From an uncultured bacterium (GTDB lineage Bacteria > Krumholzibacteriota > Krumholzibacteriia > Krumholzibacteriales > Krumholzibacteriaceae): a stretch of 64,000 nt of DNA. The stretch is from contig CAVVEY010000007.1 of NCBI GenBank assembly GCA_963747385.1, positions 457,050 to 521,049 of the forward strand, read 5' to 3'. Shown one piece after another: positions 49,137-57,840 of this stretch. How positions within the stretch are numbered: the first letter of the stretch is position 1; every line of letters starts with the position of its first letter. The notes under the pieces were generated by a model. That model saw only the letters and a list, made by a program, of their open reading frames with translations. It was not told where the DNA came from and ran no database searches. Made by a program: the position numbers and the translations under genes.

Positions 49137-50815
49137 TCTTGAACCTCTGCCGCTGGTTTCTCGTCCCTGAGCTCCACCCCGAGACCGTTCGATTTCAAAC
49201 GATTCGCGTACACGTAGAGGGCTCCCGATAGAATAGAGACGAATATGGTCACTCCGACGATCCAGGATATGATCACGACCCCGCGTCGTTTCTTCTCCCA
49301 CGAGAAGCCGGCCTCCATCTTCGGAACCGTGCCGAGGACCTGCGTCTTCAGCACGCGCTCGACCTCATCGATCGACCGAAACGAATCGTCGACATACTCG
49401 GTGATGATGATCGCGGCGAGCCCGCAGGCGCCGCCGAATATCACGGCGAGAAGCATGATCTTGAGCGGATTCGGCTTGACCGGCGCGAGCGGTTTCTCGG
49501 CGCGCTCGATGATGTTCATGCCGAGCCCCAGGTCGGTCGTCTGCGCCGCCTCGTCGATTCGGGCCGAGGTCTTCGACTCGAGAAACGCCCGATAGAGCGC
49601 TTTGTTCGTTTCCACGTCCTGAGTGAGCCGGCTGATCTCCCGCTCGAGGCTGGGCCGCCTTCCGTAGCTCCTCGAGTACTGGTCGATATAGCCCTGGAGC
49701 TTCCGGTTGATGATCTGGCTGTAATCGTTTATGGATCGCTGATAGTAGTACTCGACGATAAGCGGATAGACGTCAGGGGAGAGATTGCGGTATTCGCCCC
49801 CAACGATATCGCCGATCCTCGCCCTGAGGGACGTTGAAGCATCGTTGTACTGGTCCGGCGATATCGGCGCCTGCTGGCTTCCCCCGAGATCGCGCAGCAG
49901 CTTCTCCTCGCCGTAGGCGACGAGCTTGTTCTCGCAGTTCCGCACGATCTCGTCCGACGAGATCAGATCCGACGAGGGGACCAGCTTGATAAGATCGACG
50001 AGTCTCTCCCGCACCCGCCTGAGGGCGATTCCGCTCCGGTCCATCTCCGCCCCGACCGTTTGCTTCAACGCGCGAGCGAAATTGACGTTCGCCGAATTGA
50101 CCGGATTATTCTCGATCTCGCTGTCGGACATCTCGAATTTGATCCGCGCGAGCTCCTTCTCCGAAGTCTCGAGCTTCTCCTTGTAGATCGCGAGCTGCTC
50201 GTCGCTGAAGGCCCCCCCTTGCCGGATTCCCTGAATCTGATCCTGCCGCGTCACGTTGATGAAGGTCTCGGCGACGCGCCCGGCGAGCTTGTACGCCGTC
50301 GTCGGATCCGTGTCGTACACGCCGATGGTGAAAAAACCGGGCATGGGGCTCGAGACTTCGATCTTCTTCTCGAGAACGCCGACGAGATGGCGCATGACGA
50401 GGTCGTTGAGCGGCACGCCGCCCGGGTTCTTCCCGGACGAGACCTCAACGTACCTGCGCACCTTGTCGGATCGCTGAAGACCGAGGTCCTCGACGATGAT
50501 CTTGAGAAATTCGCCGCTCTTCACCCGCGTCTCGATCATCGACCGCACCTGCTGGTTGAGCATCCGGCTGCGGTTTTCCGCCGAGGGAACGTACCTTTCG
50601 AGAGTCGGCGAGAGGACGCTCTTGTCCTGCATCGAGAGCATCGTGTGCGACTCGTAAATGGGGGTAAGGCGCCGCACGCCGACAACCGCGATGACCGCCG
50701 AGAGCGCGAGCGGCACGATGATATAGAATTTCTTCCGCCAGAACACCTTCCAATAGGCGTGGAGGTTGATCCTGTTCGGATCCTCCTCCGGCGTCACTTT
50801 CCTGACATTCTCCAC
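49133..50815 (-). CDS. Polysaccharide chain-length determinant protein (Wzz/GumC family, two TM helices flanking a long coiled-coil domain)
   Basis: 560-aa ORF with an N-terminal Wzz motif region (INLHAYWKVFWRKKFYIIVPLALSAVIAVVG), a second TM helix near the C-terminus, and pairing with a separate BY-kinase gene. Confidence 0.8.
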   Translation of the reverse strand: MENVRKVTPEEDPNRINLHAYWKVFWRKKFYIIVPLALSAVIAVVGVRRLTPIYESHTMLSMQDKSVLSPTLERYVPSAENRSRMLNQQVRSMIETRVKSGEFLKIIVEDLGLQRSDKVRRYVEVSSGKNPGGVPLNDLVMRHLVGVLEKKIEVSSPMPGFFTIGVYDTDPTTAYKLAGRVAETFINVTRQDQIQGIRQGGAFSDEQLAIYKEKLETSEKELARIKFEMSDSEIENNPVNSANVNFARALKQTVGAEMDRSGIALRRVRERLVDLIKLVPSSDLISSDEIVRNCENKLVAYGEEKLLRDLGGSQQAPISPDQYNDASTSLRARIGDIVGGEYRNLSPDVYPLIVEYYYQRSINDYSQIINRKLQGYIDQYSRSYGRRPSLEREISRLTQDVETNKALYRAFLESKTSARIDEAAQTTDLGLGMNIIERAEKPLAPVKPNPLKIMLLAVIFGGACGLAAIIITEYVDDSFRSIDEVERVLKTQVLGTVPKMEAGFSWEKKRRGVVIISWIVGVTIFVSILSGALYVYANRLKSNGLGVELRDEKPAAEVQE

Positions 50816-50827
50816 GTCGGTCCCTCT

Positions 50828-51769
50828 CTACTGCGAATAGATGACGAGCGCCGCCACCGTGGCTGACGTCGAGACGAGCGCGAGAAAGAAGTTGGGGTTG
50901 AACACGGTCGCCCAGAAGGAACCGCTCCGCGGGATGTTCACCGTATCGTTCGGAAAAATCGGCGGGTTCTGCCGTATATCGCCTCTTTCGAGATAGCGGT
51001 TGAAGTCGACCGATATCTTCGTCGCGCCCCCTCCGGCGATCTGGCGGATGATCGTCACCTTGCTCAGCTTCGCGTTCTCCGCGGGGCCGCCCGCCGCGAG
51101 GATCGCGTCGATGAGCCTTTTTTCCTGAGTCAGGGCGTAGGAAGCGGGGCGAGCGACCGCTCCGAAAACATTCACCGCTCCCGTTCCGGTATACGAAGCC
51201 GTGCGCTCCGGCACGATGACCGCATCCCCCGGCTTGAGGACGGGAAGCGAGTCGAGATTTCCCGAATCGAGCGCCCGCTGCAGATTGACGAGGGTCGTCG
51301 CGCTCCCGTCGTTCGAGGTCCTCACGATGCGCACCCCGTCCAGGGAAGCGTTCGCCAGGGCGCCTCCCGCCTCCTTGATCGCGTCCCACACGGAGGGAGC
51401 GCCTCCGAGCTCGTACTTGCCGGGGCGCGCGACCTGCCCCTGAACGTAGATGACCCTCCGCGCGTCCTCCCCCTGGAGAGTGATCGTTATGCTCTGGATG
51501 CTCGGATAGGTGTCCTGGAGGGAACGGAGCAGCGCCCCTCTCGCCTCTTCGAGGGTGAGCCCCTCGACGCGAATCGATCCGACGATCGGAAGACTCACCT
51601 CCCCCTTCGCGTCGACCGTGAGAAGCCGTCCCAGATCTTCGCGCTGCGGAACCTCGAGCCTGATTGACTCGCCTCGCCGCAGACGAACCTCCTGGGCCGT
51701 GAGCACCGACGCGACGAGGCTTGCGAACATGCATACCGCCGCGATTGCAATGGTTCTGTTTCTTTTCAA
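50828..51769 (-). CDS. Polysaccharide export protein (Wza-like; Poly_export plus SLBB domains)
   Basis: Track ORF 50828..51958. TTG 51769 gives a good signal peptide (KRNRTIAIAAVCMFASLVASVLTAQE). Typical PGD motifs are present (LKPGDAVIVPE); the start is uncertain. Confidence 0.75.
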   Translation of the reverse strand: MKRNRTIAIAAVCMFASLVASVLTAQEVRLRRGESIRLEVPQREDLGRLLTVDAKGEVSLPIVGSIRVEGLTLEEARGALLRSLQDTYPSIQSITITLQGEDARRVIYVQGQVARPGKYELGGAPSVWDAIKEAGGALANASLDGVRIVRTSNDGSATTLVNLQRALDSGNLDSLPVLKPGDAVIVPERTASYTGTGAVNVFGAVARPASYALTQEKRLIDAILAAGGPAENAKLSKVTIIRQIAGGGATKISVDFNRYLERGDIRQNPPIFPNDTVNIPRSGSFWATVFNPNFFLALVSTSATVAALVIYSQ

Positions 51770-51851
51770 TTCGAATGCCGCCTTTCGTGTATTCCCGCCG
51801 TATCCTATCTTTTCGGCAAGCCGGCTGTAAAGAAAAAACACCGCCTGGAAT

Positions 51852-52790
51852 CTACACGCGCGCTTCGCGGTACCATGCGATCGTCCGCCGAAGGCCCTCG
51901 GCGAAGGGAACCGCGACCTTGTAGCCGATGAGCCTTTCCGCCGCCGAAATATCCGCATGCGAATGCTTCACGTCCCCCGCCCGCGGCTCGGCGTATCGGG
52001 GCGCCAGCGAAGAACCGAGAATGTCGCGCATCTGATTGAACAGATCGTTCAGCGTATAGCGGGTGCCGCACGCGATGTTGATCGTCTGCCCCCGCGCGTT
52101 CTCGCATCGCGACGCCAGTATATTGGCTTCGACGACGTTTTCGACGAACGTGAAATCCCTGCTCTGCTCGCCGTCGCCGAAAATGCTGGGCGGCGTCCCG
52201 GCCATGAGCTGCGAGACAAATATCGGGATAACGGCCGCGTACTGGCTCTTCGGGTCCTGGCGCGGGCCGAAAATATTGAAATAGCGGAGCGACACGGTCG
52301 ACATCCCGTAGACATGCGCGTAGACCGCGCAGTAGTACTCCCCCATCAGCTTGCTTGCCGCGTAGGGCGAAAGCGGCTTCGGCGTCATGCTCTCTTCCTT
52401 CGGAAGCCTTTCCGAGTCGCCGTAGGCGGAAGAGGATGCGGCGTACACGAACCGCTTGACGCCGGCGCGGCGCGCCTCGTCGAGCATCACGAGCGTCCCT
52501 CGCACGTTCACGTCGGTCACGAACACGGGATCCTCGATGCTGCGGGGAACCGACGCGAGGGCGGCCTCGTGGAGAACGTAGTCGACGCCGGCGAGCGCCT
52601 CGCGAACCGTCGCCGCGTCCCGCACGTCCCCCTTGATGAAGCTGAGATCGTTCCGCAGATGCGCGATGTTCTTTTCATACCCGGTCGAGAGGTTATCGAG
52701 CACCACGACCTGCTCGCCCCGTTTGACGAGCGCCTCGGCGATGTTCGATCCGATGAACCCCGCCCCGCCTGTTACGAGATAACGTGCCAT
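51852..52790 (-). CDS. NAD-dependent sugar-nucleotide epimerase/dehydratase (extended SDR)
   Basis: Internal ATG 52790 (MARYLVTGGAGFIGSN) of track ORF 51852..52850, with the catalytic YAASK and the FNIFGPRQ region. Confidence 0.85.
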   Translation of the reverse strand: MARYLVTGGAGFIGSNIAEALVKRGEQVVVLDNLSTGYEKNIAHLRNDLSFIKGDVRDAATVREALAGVDYVLHEAALASVPRSIEDPVFVTDVNVRGTLVMLDEARRAGVKRFVYAASSSAYGDSERLPKEESMTPKPLSPYAASKLMGEYYCAVYAHVYGMSTVSLRYFNIFGPRQDPKSQYAAVIPIFVSQLMAGTPPSIFGDGEQSRDFTFVENVVEANILASRCENARGQTINIACGTRYTLNDLFNQMRDILGSSLAPRYAEPRAGDVKHSHADISAAERLIGYKVAVPFAEGLRRTIAWYREARV

Positions 52791-52827
52791 AAATCCTCCG
52801 CGGTTCGTGCGACTACTCTTGAACGTG

Positions 52828-53877
52828 TCATGATGGATTCGTGAGGTCAAGCTCGCCGTAGCTCAGGATGCCGTTCTTCCCGCGCGATTTCGCGAGGTAC
52901 AGCGCGGCGTCCGCCCGCTCGATGAGCGTTTCGACGGTGCTCGCGTCCTCCGGAAATACGGCGACTCCCATGCTGCAGGTGAGAAGCCCCGGCGTCACCC
53001 CGTCGAATTTGAAACGCCGTATCGCCTTCAGCATGCGCTCGCCGAGCCGCAGCGCGCCGTCGAGCCCCGTATGCGGCAGCAGCAGCGCGAATTCATCCCC
53101 GCCGTATTTCGCCACGAGATCGATCTCGCGACAGCTTCGCGTGATCACCTGGGCGATGTCCCGAAGCGCCCTCGATCCGGAAAGATGCCCGTTGCGATCG
53201 TTGTATTCCTTGAGATTGTCGACGTCGATCATGATGAACGCGCACGCGTACCCGAATCTGCTCGCCCGTTTCATCTCTATCTTGATCGACCGGATGAGGA
53301 ACCGGTAGTTGTATATTCCCGTGAGCCCGTCCGTGATCGATTCCACCTCGAGCTTCTTGTAGAGGATGTAATTCTCGAAGGCGATCGCCGCCTGGTTCGC
53401 CATGACCGTGAGAAGGTGTATGTCGTCTTCGGTGAACCGCCGGCGCTCCGGGTCGTTGATGGCGATGATGACTCCGAAGAGCGAATTCTTCGCTATGAGG
53501 GGCGCCGAAACGACCGTGCTGCAGGAATCCTCGTCATGCAGGAATTCAGAAGCGAGCATCGAGAGATCGAGCGACAGGACTCCCTCGGAGCTTTTCGCCG
53601 ATTCGTACTCCCGCTGGAGCCAGTTCACGATGCCGGCCGAAGCGGGCATATCCTCGACGGCGATTCGTTTGCTCTTGTCCCGCAGCGTGCCGGTGTACTT
53701 GACGATCCGGCGGTTGTCGAGAAAGATCAGATAGACCTTCTTCGACGGAAGGATGCTCAGCGCGTTTTCTATGATTTTTTGCAGAATGATACGATTGTCC
53801 TTGCCGGAGCTCATGAGACTCGTGATCTCGGCGAAGGTCTCGAAGAGGATGTCTTTTTCGTCGCAGGTTCGAACCAT
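52828..53877 (-). CDS. GAF-GGDEF diguanylate cyclase
   Basis: 349-aa ORF with an N-terminal GAF-like domain and a C-terminal GGDEF domain with an intact signature (DGLTGIYNYRF, IDVDNLKEYND, KYGGDEFALLL). Confidence 0.9.
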   Translation of the reverse strand: MVRTCDEKDILFETFAEITSLMSSGKDNRIILQKIIENALSILPSKKVYLIFLDNRRIVKYTGTLRDKSKRIAVEDMPASAGIVNWLQREYESAKSSEGVLSLDLSMLASEFLHDEDSCSTVVSAPLIAKNSLFGVIIAINDPERRRFTEDDIHLLTVMANQAAIAFENYILYKKLEVESITDGLTGIYNYRFLIRSIKIEMKRASRFGYACAFIMIDVDNLKEYNDRNGHLSGSRALRDIAQVITRSCREIDLVAKYGGDEFALLLPHTGLDGALRLGERMLKAIRRFKFDGVTPGLLTCSMGVAVFPEDASTVETLIERADAALYLAKSRGKNGILSYGELDLTNPS

Positions 53878-53912
53878 GGTTTTCCGGTTTCGTTCGGGAC
53901 GAGTGCGAAATA

Positions 53913-53928
53913 CGCAATAGGCATGCCA
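53913..53928 (-). promoter_or_regulatory. Sigma-54 (-24/-12) promoter in front of the GAF-GGDEF / EPS export operon
   Basis: The minus strand reads TGGCATGCCTATTGCG, against the consensus TGGCACG-N4-TTGC, with one mismatch and correct GG/GC spacing. It lies 36-51 nt upstream of ATG 53877. Confidence 0.6.
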
Positions 53929-53978
53929 TTAAACGAGATACACCCAAATGAGATAAAGAACCGCGGGGATTCCGGCGA

Positions 53979-54314
53979 TCATGCGCCCCGGCTTTTCCGT
54001 TTCGCCTCGTCGAGATCCCTGTTGTACCGGAGTATCTCCTTGATATTTTTATAGATATGATATCCTATCAGGAGCGCTATCATCGCGATAGCTCCCGGCA
54101 GAGCCGCACGCCAGGCATCCGATACGTTCTTGAAGGTCGTGCGCATGACCTTCAGGGCCGAGCCGAAAAGCATCCAGAGAAAGAAGAATAGTATGATTTT
54201 CACCGCAAGGGTGGTGAATAGCGAGTAATAACGCTCCCTCGACCGCGAGAGCTTCTCCCCTTCCGCCGAACGGAATCTCCTGCGGCCCGCCGGTTTTCTG
54301 AAATCGAACGGCAT
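53979..54314 (-). CDS. Small two-TM membrane protein, hypothetical
   Basis: 111-aa product (MPFDFRKPAGRRRF...) at the 3' end of track ORF 53979..54668. It has two hydrophobic helices and a basic C-terminus. Confidence 0.5.
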   Translation of the reverse strand: MPFDFRKPAGRRRFRSAEGEKLSRSRERYYSLFTTLAVKIILFFFLWMLFGSALKVMRTTFKNVSDAWRAALPGAIAMIALLIGYHIYKNIKEILRYNRDLDEAKRKSRGA

Positions 54315-54325
54315 CGATATGCACC

Positions 54326-56029
54326 TCACTCCTGCACCGCGAAACGGCCCGGATAGCGCGCGATCGCGCCCCCTCCGTCGTACACCACGAGACGGTAGAA
54401 ATACACGCCCGAGGCGAGGCGATCGACTCGCGGAAAGAGAGCGTTCATGCCGAGGCAGTTCATCCCGGCTCCCAGAGGTTGCCCCCACCGCGAGCCCGCG
54501 TACGCCGTTCCGATAAGCTCCCCTTCGAGATTGTACAGGGTGAGTCCGATATCGACGCCGCGGGAAAGATTTACGCAGAAGGACGCCGAGCGAAACCCCG
54601 CCGCCGCCGGATTCGGCTGGACCGCGTGCATGAGGACGATCTCTTCCTCTCCCTGCACCGCGATCCAAATCTCGGCGGTATTGTTACCGGGATCGTCGCT
54701 CATGCCGTTCACGGAGATCGATGCGCCGATTTTGTCGGCGCCGAGAAAGCTCCTGTCGAGCACGACCGTCGCCTCGACGCTATAAGCGTCGAGGGCGGCG
54801 GGAACCGCAAGGACTTCGGAATACAGCGTGCGCACGAACGATCCGTTCTCGATGGAGATCGTGAACCGCATGCTGCTTCCCGCGGGCGCCTGCGCGCTGC
54901 CCCTGTTTCTCGCCGCCGCGCGCACGGTCATCGTATCGCCGACCGAAAACAGACGCTTCGCATTGGGATAGCCGCCTTTGAGCAGCACGACGTCCGAGGG
55001 GAACAGAGCCGCTTCGGCGCCGGCCCCGGCAATCGTATCGATAAAATCCACGACGATGTTCGTCATGCGCTCGACCTGTTCGAGATCCACGTTGCCCAAC
55101 GTATCGGCGACCGTGTGATAGTACGGATAGCCGATGAGCAAGTTCTCCCTGAGAGGCTCGACGAACATCACGGCGGGGATCGACGCCTCCCAGAACGGGG
55201 CGTGGTCCGAGTTCGAAGGACCCGGGCTCACGACGGCGAGCGGGAACGACGGATCGCTCTCCTCCGCCGCCCCGGCTATCAGGCCGGAAAGCCATTCGGA
55301 AGCAGGATTCGAAACGAGCGTGCCGGCCGGAGGACCGGCGAAAGGATAGCCGATCATGTCGCAGTTGAGCACGCCGATGATTCTCCCGGGATCGATAGCG
55401 GGCAACGCGTCGACGAAGGCCCTGCTTCCGAGGAGGCCCAGCTCCTCGCCGGAAAAAAGCACGAACATGACGTCGAACGGGAGATCGCGTCCCGATAGAA
55501 CTCGCGCGGCCTCCATGAGCGCCGCGACCCCCGTCGCGTTGTCGTCGGCGCCGGGCGCGGGCAGCGTCCGCCAATTCGCCGGCCAACCGGACGTCCGGGA
55601 CGCGATCGCGTCGTAGTGGGCCGTCACGAGAACGACCCCCGACACAGCTCCGTTTCCCGCGACGCGCGCGGCCAGATTCTCCGCCGTGTAAGAGCTATCG
55701 ATCCGCATGTTGATCGATACGCTGTTGCTGTCGATTGAGAAGGGGTATCTCTCGACGACGACGCCCGTATACCGCGCGAGCCGCGCCGCGAGGGAATCGG
55801 CCACGAGCCGGAGCGGCGCCTCCCTCAGCACGAAGCGGGTCCGCGGTTCGCCCGTCGCGGGATCCACCGAAAGGAAGCGGATCATCGACTCGAGAGAATC
55901 ACGCTCAACGAACGATGAAGCGGCGCCCCGCGAAACATCCCGCGCGCGCATGGGAGCGCGGACACCCGCATCGGATATCCCATCGACCGCGAGCGCGGAA
56001 ACGAGCAACAAGAGCCCGAGTGCGTTCAC
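54326..56029 (-). CDS. Secreted M28 family aminopeptidase with a C-terminal FlgD-Ig/T9SS-type sorting-like domain
   Basis: Track ORF 54326..56098. GTG 56029 gives a signal peptide (VNALGLLLLVSALAVDG). The M28 zinc-ligand region reads HYDAI...GADDNATGVAALME...FSGEELGLLGS. The C-terminus reads LASGVYFYRLVVYDGGG. Confidence 0.8.
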   Translation of the reverse strand: MNALGLLLLVSALAVDGISDAGVRAPMRARDVSRGAASSFVERDSLESMIRFLSVDPATGEPRTRFVLREAPLRLVADSLAARLARYTGVVVERYPFSIDSNSVSINMRIDSSYTAENLAARVAGNGAVSGVVLVTAHYDAIASRTSGWPANWRTLPAPGADDNATGVAALMEAARVLSGRDLPFDVMFVLFSGEELGLLGSRAFVDALPAIDPGRIIGVLNCDMIGYPFAGPPAGTLVSNPASEWLSGLIAGAAEESDPSFPLAVVSPGPSNSDHAPFWEASIPAVMFVEPLRENLLIGYPYYHTVADTLGNVDLEQVERMTNIVVDFIDTIAGAGAEAALFPSDVVLLKGGYPNAKRLFSVGDTMTVRAAARNRGSAQAPAGSSMRFTISIENGSFVRTLYSEVLAVPAALDAYSVEATVVLDRSFLGADKIGASISVNGMSDDPGNNTAEIWIAVQGEEEIVLMHAVQPNPAAAGFRSASFCVNLSRGVDIGLTLYNLEGELIGTAYAGSRWGQPLGAGMNCLGMNALFPRVDRLASGVYFYRLVVYDGGGAIARYPGRFAVQE

Positions 56030-56065
56030 GAAAGCCCTTCCCGCGGAGCGTCCGGCACAAAATAA

Positions 56066-56142
56066 TGGCGCGCCCGAGAGGATTCGAACCTCCGACACCC
56101 AGCTCCGGAGGCTGGTGCTCTATCCAGCTGAGCTACGGGCGC
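56066..56142 (-). tRNA. tRNA-Arg (anticodon CCG), CCA encoded
   Basis: Minus strand GCGCCCGTAGCTCAGCTGGATAGAGCACCAGCCTCCGGAGCTGGGTGTCGGAGGTTCGAATCCTCTCGGGCGCGCCA; anticodon loop CTCCGGA. Confidence 0.9.
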
Positions 56143-57824
56143 TCCTGACCGTCATCGAGAAGCTCCTCCGCCAGTTCCTCGCGGAGCTTACCCTTCCCGC
56201 CGAGCATCCGCGCGATCTCGGCGACGCGTTCGCGTCCTTCGAGGATCCGCGCCGAGGCGATCGTCCGCTCCCCCTTCACCCGCTTCTCGACCCTGATGTG
56301 GTGAACGGCTTGAGCGGCCACCTGCGGCAGGTGGGTAATGCAAATGATCTGGTATCTGCTCGAGAGCTCCGCGAGCCGCTCGGCGACGACGCCGCCGAGA
56401 TCGGCTCCGAGCCCCGTATCGATCTCGTCGAATATGAGCGTCGAGATTCTCTTCTCCTCGACCTCGAGCTTTTTCAGAACGAGGGTAATTCTCGAGAGCT
56501 CCCCTCCCGAAACGATCTCCGCCAGCGGATGGCTCTCCTCGCCGACGTTCGTCCGGATCGCGAACTCGACACGATCCCAACCCCTCGGCGATAAATGTAT
56601 TGCAGAATCCTCGTCTTGGAAAGCGTTATTTTCGAGACGTTCCACCGTGGTAGTAAATAGCGCCCCTTTCATCCCGAGCTTCTGAAGCTCCCCGGTCACC
56701 TGCCGGTCGAGACGCTCCGCGCTGTTGCGGCGCCTGCGGCTCAATTCTTCGAGAATCGGAACGAGAACCCCCCTGGCGCCGGCATGGTCGCGCTTCGCAT
56801 CCGCGATCGCCGTCGAGCCCTCCGCGAGCGATTCGAGAATCCCCCTGATCTCGTCACGCTTCGAGACGAGCGCGGCGCAATCGAGCCCGTACTTTCTGCA
56901 CGCGCGCTGAATCCCGGCGAGGCGCTGCTGGAGACTCTCGAGATCCTCGGATGCATCCTCCGCATCCGTGAGCGAGCGGCCTATCGTGCGGGCGATATCC
57001 TGCGCCGAGATCCGCGCGGCCCTGAGCGTCTCGGCGCCCTTCCCCCATGACGCGCTTATGCCGGCTATCGATTCGAGCGATCTCGCGGCCCGATTGAGCC
57101 GGTCGGCGGCCGAGCCCTCGTCTCCCTCGAGAGAACTCAGCGCTTCCTCGAGGGCGGAAATGTATTTCTGCTTGTTCTCGATCTGTTTGATCTTCGATTC
57201 GAGCCGCCGATCGAGATCGTGCTCGAGCTTGAGCTCATCCAGCTCCGCGAGCTGAAACCTGAGATAATCCTCGCGGCGGCGGTGCTCCTCTTCTTCCGCG
57301 GCGAGTCGGGCGAGGCGTTCCGATATCCTCATGAAACCGGCGATCGCCGCCATCGAACGATCGAGCAGCGCGCCGTAATCGCCCCATGCGTCGAGATACA
57401 GTATATGGCTCGCCGGATCGAGAAATTCCTGCTGCCGGTGTTGGCCATGGAGCTCGATGAGAGCGCGGGCCGTCTCCTGCGAGGAGGCCACGGTGGAAAG
57501 CATGCCGTTGATCCATATCCGGTTCCGGCCGTCGGCCGCGAGCTCCCGCCTCAGGGAAAGCTCCGTTTCCCCCTTCGACAGGCCGAGCCTCTCGCGCAGC
57601 GGCCAGGCGTCGTCGACGGAGAAAATCCCTTCGACCGTCAGATTCGCCGCGCCTTTCCTTATGAGCGATTTCTTCGCGCGCGCGCCGGAAAGAAGATCGA
57701 CCGCGGCGAGGATGATCGATTTCCCCGCGCCCGTCGATCCCGTCATGACGTTGAGCCCCTCGCTGAAATGTATCGTCGCGTCCTCGACGATCGCCAGATT
57801 CCGGATTCGGATCTCCCTGAGCAT
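56133..57824 (-). CDS. recN: DNA repair protein RecN
   Basis: Internal ATG 57824 (MLREIRIRNLAIVEDATIHFSEGLNVMTGSTGAGKS) of track ORF 56133..57866, with the SMC-like signature GGELSRI and FDEIDTGLG. Confidence 0.9.
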   Translation of the reverse strand: MLREIRIRNLAIVEDATIHFSEGLNVMTGSTGAGKSIILAAVDLLSGARAKKSLIRKGAANLTVEGIFSVDDAWPLRERLGLSKGETELSLRRELAADGRNRIWINGMLSTVASSQETARALIELHGQHRQQEFLDPASHILYLDAWGDYGALLDRSMAAIAGFMRISERLARLAAEEEEHRRREDYLRFQLAELDELKLEHDLDRRLESKIKQIENKQKYISALEEALSSLEGDEGSAADRLNRAARSLESIAGISASWGKGAETLRAARISAQDIARTIGRSLTDAEDASEDLESLQQRLAGIQRACRKYGLDCAALVSKRDEIRGILESLAEGSTAIADAKRDHAGARGVLVPILEELSRRRRNSAERLDRQVTGELQKLGMKGALFTTTVERLENNAFQDEDSAIHLSPRGWDRVEFAIRTNVGEESHPLAEIVSGGELSRITLVLKKLEVEEKRISTLIFDEIDTGLGADLGGVVAERLAELSSRYQIICITHLPQVAAQAVHHIRVEKRVKGERTIASARILEGRERVAEIARMLGGKGKLREELAEELLDDGQERP

Positions 57825-57840
57825 CCCCAACCTCCCCCGG

